From Carpediemonas membranifera BICM (lineage: Eukaryota; Protista; Fornicata): a DNA stretch of 52,313 nucleotides. Where the stretch lies: positions 666,929 through 719,241 of the forward strand of contig JAHDYR010000005.1 in NCBI GenBank assembly GCA_019828565.1, written 5' to 3'. Of the stretch, positions 44,668 to 52,313 are shown one piece after another. The notes under the pieces were generated by a model. The model saw only the letters and a program-made list of their open reading frames with translations. It made no database searches and was not told the origin of the DNA. Each line of letters starts with the position of its first letter. Within the stretch, counting starts at the first letter, position 1. The position numbers were made by a program, and so were the translations under genes.

Positions 44668-45065
44668 GTTGTGCTGACTCTCAAGAGCATTAAGCGAAAG
44701 ACCGATGAGGTCCTCTCAAAGGCCATGAGCATCGCTCTCGAGCAGGAAGAGCTGCACTACAAGGCTTCTCGTCTCGACTATGTCCGGAAGAGCGCCGTCA
44801 CGCCGCGGCCGCCGACCGGCGCCCCCCCCCGCCAGGCCAAGGCCACAACCTACGGCACGCTCGCCGAGGTGGCGGCTCGTCTCAGGGCCAAGGCCAACGC
44901 CAGCAGGACAAACCCCAGGAATCCCGACAGGCTCAACAGACCCGCCAGCAGGCAGGGTCGGACGGCCAGCAGACACAGCAAGGCCAGGGCCCGCAAGGCC
45001 AGTCGTCCAAGGCACAACATAGCCAGGGTCAACAAGGTCAACCTGCCAAGGCGCAACAAGGTCAG
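44668..45065 (+). pseudogene. gag of element A, C-terminal part and Gln/Gly-rich linker
   Basis: In frame with the 32844 ORF up to the C9 run (44822-44830). The QG-repeat frame then continues into 50007 onward. Confidence 0.75.
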
Positions 45066-45115
45066 TGTGGAGTAATCAATTGATAAACACCTTTTTGCTT
45101 TAAGCCAACGCCACA
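45066..45115 (+). repeat. 5' LTR of element B (50 bp)
   Basis: tgtggagtaatcaattgataaacacctttttgctttaagccaacgccaca; exact copy at 49953. Confidence 0.97.
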
Positions 45116-45129
45116 GTGAATTCACTGCA

Positions 45130-48100
45130 ATGCGAGGCGAAAACATGCTTGTCAGTGTAACAAACGCACATGAGCTCTCCGAGGCCATCAAGTCTTACAA
45201 GAGAGAACTGCCTCATGTGAAGCGCCCTACTTCACTTATTCGCACCTTTGATCCAGCCACGACGGAGTTCCTTCACGCTAATTGGAGGAAGACGAAGGAA
45301 TACGCCTCCTACGAGGCTATGGAAGAGGACACGATATCGGACGCTGAGGTCCGCCGCGCTCTGCGTGAAGAGCATAAGCCAGAAGATCGGGTCAGTTCCA
45401 AGGCCGTCATGGCCCAGATCAAGGCACTCCTAGAGGAAGATCTGTTCAACGTTGCCTCCTCTGCCGCCCTGAAGCACCCCGATGGCCCCTTGGCTGCGGC
45501 CGCCCAGCGCCGCGCCACGTCCCTATTTGACGCAGCAGTCTCCGCTATAGACCCAGAAAACCCGAAGTACACGCCGTTGCTGAACGTCTTCGAGGAAGGC
45601 AACCCGGCAGCCACAGTCCGCGACGGTCAAGAGCTCGCTACGGCTGCCGAGGAGGAGTCAGGCCACGACGCCCCCGACATACGACAGCAGCTTGCGGACG
45701 AGGCCGACGCGATCGCCCCCCATCTTTTCATGACTCTGCTTCCGTCACTCGATGCCGGCGCCCGCCTCATCTCCCTCAATATTTCGAACGAGCTTTATGG
45801 AAAGGCCGCAACACACCGAGTGGCCATCCAACGCCTTCGAGAGGCCGTCGATGAAATCAATCCCGCCATCGAGGCCCCGAACTACGAACAGCTCCACGAA
45901 GCCGCGCTGATCGCGAAGATCAGGGAACTAGCGCTCATTGGCTACACGAAGGAGGCTAAGGCCATCTATAAGGCCGAGATAGAAGCCGATGGCACCGTCG
46001 ACAGCGTTCTAGACGCTCTCGCAGAACTCGACGAAGACCACGACGGAATGATCATCACGCCCTGGCGCGCATTCGCCGCGAAAAAGGTCCAACCGCCAGC
46101 CAAGAGCCAGCCCAACTGCGCCACGACAGCAGGCAGAAAGCCGCAGGCAAGGAAGGTCAGCGGCGATGACCCATATGTCCAGTTCAAGGATAAGTCGAAG
46201 TACTTCATCCCCCGAAGCCTGAGGAAGTACTGCGACTACCACGGCTACAACACGTCACACACCTCGGCCCAGTGCAAGGCCTTGAGCCACAGCTCAGACC
46301 GCCCTTCCGGCCAGCAACGTCTTACCCCTCAGCAAGGCCAACAGCGCCCGGCTCAACAGCAAGGCCAACGACAACAGCCGCGCCAGAGCGGCCAGACAAG
46401 GCCCAATCCGCCGCCACAGCCCTCGGGCCATACCCATCAGTCCCGCCAAGCTGACCCCCAGAACTCAGGCCCCAGGAAGGCCTGGAAGCGCAACGCTCAC
46501 ACTAACCGCCTCGAGAGCGACGTCAACGAGCTCTACGAGTCATCCGACTCCGACTCCGATATCGACGAAGTCGAAGATCACCGCGCCTCGGGAAAAGCCA
46601 TCTATCACACCATCAAGGTCGCTAACACGGAGATAGTAGCTAAGATAGATCCAGCTGCAGCAAGAACGTGCATTTCCGCCAAGACATTCAACGATCTGAA
46701 GCAAAACGACAACATCAAGATCACCACGCACGATTTACAGCTCAAAGCGGCAGATCAACGCCTGATTGAGGATAAGACAGCAATCGAAGCCACTATTACG
46801 ATCGCTGACATCATCCCACATCCCGTTCAGCTTTCTTGGATCATCCCCGTCATCCCGGGAAAATCCAGCAAGATGCTCCTAGGAGCTGATGTCCTTCGCC
46901 ACATCGGCCTGATGACGGATCAAGGCATCCACATCTCACTTCCAACGACGACCACCGAGGATACATCGGAGTTTGCGCCGTTCCCCCACGAGTTCATCGA
47001 CGAGCTCTTCGACGAAGACGGCAATTCAGACGACGGCGACGACCTCTACGACTCTTCGCGCCTCCATGAATACGTCGACGAGGTGGATGAGCCCGATCAC
47101 GTTCCGTTCGACATAGACCCGAAGTTCCCCCTCAAGGACGAGCTCGAGTCCGAGCTGGAGAAGTACAGAGACACCGTCTTCCTTCCCAAGCTTGCACCAG
47201 GCGGCGCCAAGCTGCCACATGCCACGATCGACCTCGTTCCCGGGGCCTACCTACCACAGGCTGCCGCGCGGCCTATTCGCCCTGCTTGGAGAGATGAGGT
47301 CAACCAACAACTCGCCGACTTGGAGGCACAGGGCATCATCAGAGACGCCCACGGACACGTCGCCAGCCCAGTGGTCATCGTCGACCGCCGCTCAGATGCA
47401 ACCACGAGCAAGCCGCTGAGACTCTGCTGCGACTACAGAGACATCAACAAGAACACGATCCCCGACGCATTCCCCATGACGGACATCAAGCACCTCGTCC
47501 AAGATCTTGTCGGGTCGAGCTACTTCTTCACCATGGACTTACGACAGGGCTTCCATCAGATGCCCGTTAGACCCGATGATGTCTACCTCACCGCGTTCCG
47601 TGTGCCAGGCGCGTTCAAGGAGTATCTCTTCGCCCCCTTCGGGCTTCGTAACCTGCCGGCGCAGTTTCAGCGCGCCGTAGCCCAGACACTCAGGCCCGTC
47701 TACGACAACCGAGTCCGCAACTATATAGACGACATAATGGGAGGCGCGAGCACTCCTGAAGAGCTCCTAGCCACCATCAAGTCCACACTCAGCATCCTGA
47801 AGGACCACAACATCAGACTACGGCTTGAGAAGTGCCACTTCGGGTACAAGGAGGTACATGCGCTGGGTGAGATCATCTCATCGGAGGGCAGACGCCCCAC
47901 ACCCACACGCATCGCCGCAATCCGCGATCTACCGAGGCCGACTAATGTCCACGGGGTCCGCCAAGTGCTTGGTCACATCAACTATGTTGCTGAGTTCATA
48001 CCGTCCAGCCAAGAGCTGCTCGAGCCCGTTAACGCGCTGCTCCGCAAGGACGCTACCGTCAAGTGGGGCCAGGCTCAGAAGGACGCGCTCGAGAAGGTTC

Positions 48101-49962
48101 TCCACGCACTTGCAGACGCGAAGACGCTCGCCATACCGGACATATCGCTCCCATGGAGGCTCGAGACAGACGCCAGCCTCGTAGGCGCGGGTGGGATCCT
48201 GCTACAGCTAGAACAGGGCAGCTGGAGAGTCGTCAGTTATTTCAGCAAGGCGTTCTCGGACGTCCAGCGCAGATGGTCAACCTATGACCAAGAGCTCTTT
48301 GCTCTAGTCTACTGCCTGACAAGGCCAGACCTTCAGCCACTATTCATCGGACACCCGGACCTTACAGTCAGGACCGACCACAAGAATTTAGTCGCATTAC
48401 ACGCAAAAGCGGCGACGAACCGAAAGCATCGCAGATGGCTCATGACGCTGCTTGAGTTCCACTTCACTATTGAGCACCTCGCAGGGTCAGACAACGTCAC
48501 GACTGATTTCCTATCGCGATACCCGTTCGACGTTCCGACAGACATAGAGGAGGTCGCACTTGAGACACTGCGTGAGACAGTCATAGCTGCGCAGAAGGAC
48601 CACCCAGAGGAGAAGCCGTCAAAGCATTGCACAACTGACAACGACGGGATCATCCGCTACCGCGGCAGGATCTTCGTCCCGGCTGCATGCCGGCCCGCAG
48701 CCCTACGCGAGGGTCATCGTTTCCACATGGGCGTCAAGAAGTCCGCTCAGGCGATCAGGGACCGCGGCATGGACTGGCCTAACCTCGAGCAGAGCGTCAG
48801 TACAGCTATCGACTCATGTCTGATCTGCCAGAAGACCAGACTCAAGAACTTTCTGAAGGTGAAGATAGGCACCACCACGAGCAACGCGCCCTTCGCCAGG
48901 ATCGCTGTCGACACGCTCGGGCCCATCAGTCAGGACACAGCCGGTAACCGTTACGTAGTCGTAGTCACCGACATGTTCACCAGGTTTACCGAGCTCATAC
49001 CATCGCCTTCTAACAACGCCGACTCGGCCGCGGCGGCCATCTGGTCCATCATTTGCCGGCACGGGATTCCAGAGGTCTTACACACTGACGGTGGACCGGA
49101 ATATGCCAACAGAATCGTCACCGGTCTCATCGAGAGGCTCAACGCCAGCCACCACAAGACCACACCCTTCCACCCACAGTCCAACGGGCTGGTCGAGCGG
49201 GTCAACAGAGAAATCAAACGTCACATGAGGGTACTAGCCCTCGAATTCGACAAGTTCTCCGAGTGGTCGACCCACATACTCCCCTATGTAGCCTGGATCC
49301 TCAACACCACGACACACTCAACGACAGGCTTCACCCCTATGGAGCTGCTTTACGGCACAGCGGCGGCCTCACGGCAGGTGATTCGCCCGAAAGATGCTTC
49401 GGACTACGCCGACAACAACCCCCTCCACTCAGTCGCAGAGTACCTCACCACGACCGACACTCTACTCAGCAAGCTCGTTCGGTCCGCGCAACTTCACGAG
49501 AAGGCCAAGCGCCACCGTGAAGGGAGGGCAGAGGCTCCCACGAAGACCAAACTGAAGCCAGGAGACTTCGTGCTTCGAAAGAATATTCAAGAGACCAAGC
49601 TCCACGGTCACGCAGGCCCATTCAAGGTCGTCACAGTGCACGATTACAATGCCGTCGTAACACCGCTCCTCGCCGACAAAGGGCAGTCAACACCGACACG
49701 ACGGACAGTGCACCTGTCTCACCTTATACCTCTTAAGACGGATCTCAAAGAGAGCGAGCTCGCTTACCTCGCTTCGAGCGACCAAGAAGAGTGGTTCGTA
49801 GATAAGATCGTGGGTCACACCCGCGACGGTTTACTCAAGGTCCGCTGGGTCGGGTCCGACGCGATTACGACAGAGCCAGTCGAGGCGCTTGCACATACGC
49901 CGGCCGCCAAAGCTTACCTGACGAAGCACCCTCGGCTGCTCAGGGAGGGCAGTGTGGAGTAA
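45130..49962 (+). CDS. Gag-Pol polyprotein of element B (1610 aa)
   Basis: CDYH...H....C knuckle, KIDPAAA protease site, LCCDYR, YIDD, TDASLVG, TDHKNL, H..H...CLIC, VDTLGP, TDGGPEY, NGLVER, GPFKV and chromodomain-like WFVDKIVGH...VRWVG. Confidence 0.97.
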   Translation: MRGENMLVSVTNAHELSEAIKSYKRELPHVKRPTSLIRTFDPATTEFLHANWRKTKEYASYEAMEEDTISDAEVRRALREEHKPEDRVSSKAVMAQIKALLEEDLFNVASSAALKHPDGPLAAAAQRRATSLFDAAVSAIDPENPKYTPLLNVFEEGNPAATVRDGQELATAAEEESGHDAPDIRQQLADEADAIAPHLFMTLLPSLDAGARLISLNISNELYGKAATHRVAIQRLREAVDEINPAIEAPNYEQLHEAALIAKIRELALIGYTKEAKAIYKAEIEADGTVDSVLDALAELDEDHDGMIITPWRAFAAKKVQPPAKSQPNCATTAGRKPQARKVSGDDPYVQFKDKSKYFIPRSLRKYCDYHGYNTSHTSAQCKALSHSSDRPSGQQRLTPQQGQQRPAQQQGQRQQPRQSGQTRPNPPPQPSGHTHQSRQADPQNSGPRKAWKRNAHTNRLESDVNELYESSDSDSDIDEVEDHRASGKAIYHTIKVANTEIVAKIDPAAARTCISAKTFNDLKQNDNIKITTHDLQLKAADQRLIEDKTAIEATITIADIIPHPVQLSWIIPVIPGKSSKMLLGADVLRHIGLMTDQGIHISLPTTTTEDTSEFAPFPHEFIDELFDEDGNSDDGDDLYDSSRLHEYVDEVDEPDHVPFDIDPKFPLKDELESELEKYRDTVFLPKLAPGGAKLPHATIDLVPGAYLPQAAARPIRPAWRDEVNQQLADLEAQGIIRDAHGHVASPVVIVDRRSDATTSKPLRLCCDYRDINKNTIPDAFPMTDIKHLVQDLVGSSYFFTMDLRQGFHQMPVRPDDVYLTAFRVPGAFKEYLFAPFGLRNLPAQFQRAVAQTLRPVYDNRVRNYIDDIMGGASTPEELLATIKSTLSILKDHNIRLRLEKCHFGYKEVHALGEIISSEGRRPTPTRIAAIRDLPRPTNVHGVRQVLGHINYVAEFIPSSQELLEPVNALLRKDATVKWGQAQKDALEKVLHALADAKTLAIPDISLPWRLETDASLVGAGGILLQLEQGSWRVVSYFSKAFSDVQRRWSTYDQELFALVYCLTRPDLQPLFIGHPDLTVRTDHKNLVALHAKAATNRKHRRWLMTLLEFHFTIEHLAGSDNVTTDFLSRYPFDVPTDIEEVALETLRETVIAAQKDHPEEKPSKHCTTDNDGIIRYRGRIFVPAACRPAALREGHRFHMGVKKSAQAIRDRGMDWPNLEQSVSTAIDSCLICQKTRLKNFLKVKIGTTTSNAPFARIAVDTLGPISQDTAGNRYVVVVTDMFTRFTELIPSPSNNADSAAAAIWSIICRHGIPEVLHTDGGPEYANRIVTGLIERLNASHHKTTPFHPQSNGLVERVNREIKRHMRVLALEFDKFSEWSTHILPYVAWILNTTTHSTTGFTPMELLYGTAAASRQVIRPKDASDYADNNPLHSVAEYLTTTDTLLSKLVRSAQLHEKAKRHREGRAEAPTKTKLKPGDFVLRKNIQETKLHGHAGPFKVVTVHDYNAVVTPLLADKGQSTPTRRTVHLSHLIPLKTDLKESELAYLASSDQEEWFVDKIVGHTRDGLLKVRWVGSDAITTEPVEALAHTPAAKAYLTKHPRLLREGSVE

Positions 49963-50002
49963 TCAATTGATAAACACCTTTTTGCTTTAAGCCAACGCCA
50001 CA
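49953..50002 (+). repeat. 3' LTR of element B (50 bp)
   Basis: Exact copy of 45066-45115; contains the polyprotein stop codon. Confidence 0.97.
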
Positions 50003-50006
50003 TCAG

Positions 50007-52313
50007 GGCCCGCAAGGCCAGCCGGCCAAGGCGCAGCAAGGTCAACAAGGTCAGCCAGCCGGACAGAGCAAGCCTAAGTTCACGCCACACTGGTCCCGCG
50101 GGCAGAGCGGGCAGATGGAGCGCAGCTTCCGCCAAGTTGATGACGTCACGTCCGAGATGATCATCGACATCCAGATCAACGGCCAGGCAACCAAGGCCAA
50201 GGTCGACCCGGGAGCCACAGTGAGCTGCATCTCAGAAGCCACAGTCGCCACCCTCCAGAGGATCGTGCCCCTCAGCACCGCTCCGTCCAGCGTTGTGGCA
50301 CTTAACGCGTCGCAGGAAGTGATCACCACAGGCCTCGCGCTGGTGGTCAACCTCCAGCTTACCTCTCTGGACCGTAGCCCGACACTCGAAGCACAGCCAC
50401 TGGCCATCATCCGAGGCCCAAAGCACAAGGTGCTCATCGGCGCTGACGTCCTCTCCGCCCTCGGTCTCATGAACGCGCAGGGCATCCACATTGACCTGCG
50501 CAGGGACGATGACGACGAGGACAATGACAGACTCCCCGACCACGCCTACCTCGATGACACGCCGCCAGGCCGTGTCGATGACGTCACCGCCGACGCCGAG
50601 GCAACCCAAGCAGTCGACGAGGTGCACGTCAACCCCGACTTCCCGCACTATCAAGAGCTCAAGGCGATCATCATACGCCACAAGGCAGTCTTTGGCCCCT
50701 TTGACCCGGGCGGAGCGGATCTGCCCCCAGTCACCATCAGACTGAAACCTAACGCACGCACGCCACACCAAAAGCCCAGGCCGCTTCATCCAGATGACCT
50801 CCGCGAGGTCCACAACCATTTCGACGATCTCAAGGAGCGAGGCATCTGCCGTGACGCCGATGGCCCGGTCGGCAGCGCACTCGTGGTCGTCCGCAAGAAG
50901 CCCAACGAGAAGGGCGAGCGAGAACTACGCCCATGTGGAGATTACCGCCAGCTGAACGAGGCCACCATTCATGACAGCTTCCCTATGGCCGACGCGAAGG
51001 CGTTCCTCGCCGACGTGGCCGGCTCCAAGTGGTTCTTCACCTCAGACGTCAAGCAAGGATTCCACCAACAGCCCATGTGCCCCGAAGACATTTATCTCAC
51101 GGCCATCGTCATGCCCGGCCGGTTTGTTGAATACAACTTCGCGCCATTCGGGCTCCGCAACCTGCCCAGCCAGTTCCAACGTGGCATGGCAGACGCCATC
51201 TCCGACTTAGCCCGAGATGAGACCCGCAACTACGTTGACGACGTGTTCGGACGAGCTCGCACCCCGGACGAGCTTTGCGCCAAGGTCGGCCGCTTCCTCG
51301 ACAAGATGGAGCAACGTCGCATCCGCCTCAAGCCCTCGAAATGCTTCTTCGGCTACTCGGAGGTCGAGGTGTTGGGCACGATCGTCACCCCAGGCGGCCT
51401 CAAGGTTGCCCCATCTCGCATCGATAGCATCATACGCATCGAGGCCCCCACCTGCGTCACAGCCCTCCGGGCGTTCATTGGCCAGATCGCATACATCGCA
51501 ACGTTCATGCCAGACGCTCAACGCCATCTCAAGCCGCTGCACACTGCCGTGGCGCAAGGAGACCCGCTGCAGTGGGGCCCCGATCAGGCCAAGGCGTTCA
51601 ACAACATCAAGGAACTCCTGACAGGCGAGATGATGCTAGTACACCCAGACCTCGAGAAACCGTGGGTGTTGGAGACCGACGCCAGCCTGACAGGCGTCGG
51701 CGGGGTTCTGTGGCAGGTGATGCCGGAGGGACCGCCCCGAGTCATCAGCTATTACTCCAAGCTATTCACGCCAGTGCAGTCACGCTGGTCGACGTTCGAC
51801 CAGGAGATGTTTGGTATCGTCTACTGCCTCTCCAGGCCCGACTTAGCGCCATACCTGAAGGCCCACGCGCATCTGACGCTACGTACGGACCACCGCAACC
51901 TCATCTACCTGACGGTCAAGGCACCCGAAACACGCAAGCACACGCGCTGGCTCGCGATCATCGACGAGTTCCGCTTCAACATCGTTCACGTCGCAGGCGA
52001 AGACAACAAGGTCGCAGACTTCCTGAGCCGGTACACGCCTGACAAGCCAGCCGTAGCCATCGACGACGTGGACACGTCGGTCACCGAGACCATCCGCCAG
52101 GCCCAGCAACGAGTTCCGACCGCCGAGAGAGACAGCTGGGCCGGCCCATACCATCACGATCGCGGGGGAATCGTCAAGAAGGACGGACGTTTCCTCGTCC
52201 CGAGCACCGCAGCCGAGCTGAAGAGCTCCATCTTCGCCGACGCCCACCGCTACCATCAAGGCGAGAGGACCACGGTCGAGAACATACATGGCCTCTCCCT
52301 GACCTGGATCGGG
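50007..52313 (+). CDS. pol of element A (partial, runs off window; absent from the ORF track)
   Basis: One frame carrying KVDPGA, CGDYR, DVKQGFHQ, PFGLRNLP, YVDD (51231), ETDAS (51672), TDHRNL and NKVADFLSR. Confidence 0.9.

Larger units (their letters stand above)
45066..50002 (+). mobile_element. Intact Ty3/Gypsy element B with 50-bp LTRs (4937 bp)
   Basis: Identical LTRs at 45066-45115 and 49953-50002, TCAG 4-bp TSD, PPT agggagggcag and a single intact ORF. Confidence 0.97.
32755..52313 (+). mobile_element. Gypsy element A (runs off window), split by the DNA transposon and by element B
   Basis: Putative LTR 32755-32827; gag at 32844-33356 + 44668-45065; linker/pol at 50007-52313. Both junction frames are restored after removing the insertions. 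Confidence 0.85.

Overview
This is a GC-rich eukaryotic window, probably from a protist. Very short GT-AG introns and a GTAAA motif at 3' ends are compatible with a fornicate/metamonad (inference). About 90% is a nest of transposable elements around a small host island (eEF1B-gamma with two introns, BLOC1S1, LRRC40). The nest holds at least eight Ty3/Gypsy-type LTR elements or fragments (most visible integrases end in a chromodomain), a DIRS-like tyrosine-recombinase retrotransposon, a 5'-truncated LINE, and an 11.3-kb cut-and-paste DNA transposon (33357-44665). Main observations: (1) The DNA transposon has 50-bp TIRs, a 2-bp TSD and a divergent CMC/Transib/RAG1-like DDE transposase. It carries GNAT, OTU, SET, CHAT/caspase-like and double-PHD cargo genes, which together resemble a mobile chromatin-modifying toolkit. 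(2) Four different Gypsy families lack a tRNA primer-binding site and instead have a perfect palindrome starting at the 5' LTR boundary, suggesting an undescribed self-priming mode. (3) LTRs are extremely short (45-122 bp). (4) Two related chromoviruses carry a homologous antisense accessory gene ending in a chromodomain-like fold, one with a spliceosomal intron, plus a duplicated hairpin-PPT module. Many frameshifts sit in homopolymers and may be assembly errors. All assignments come from motif reading by eye; no searches were run.
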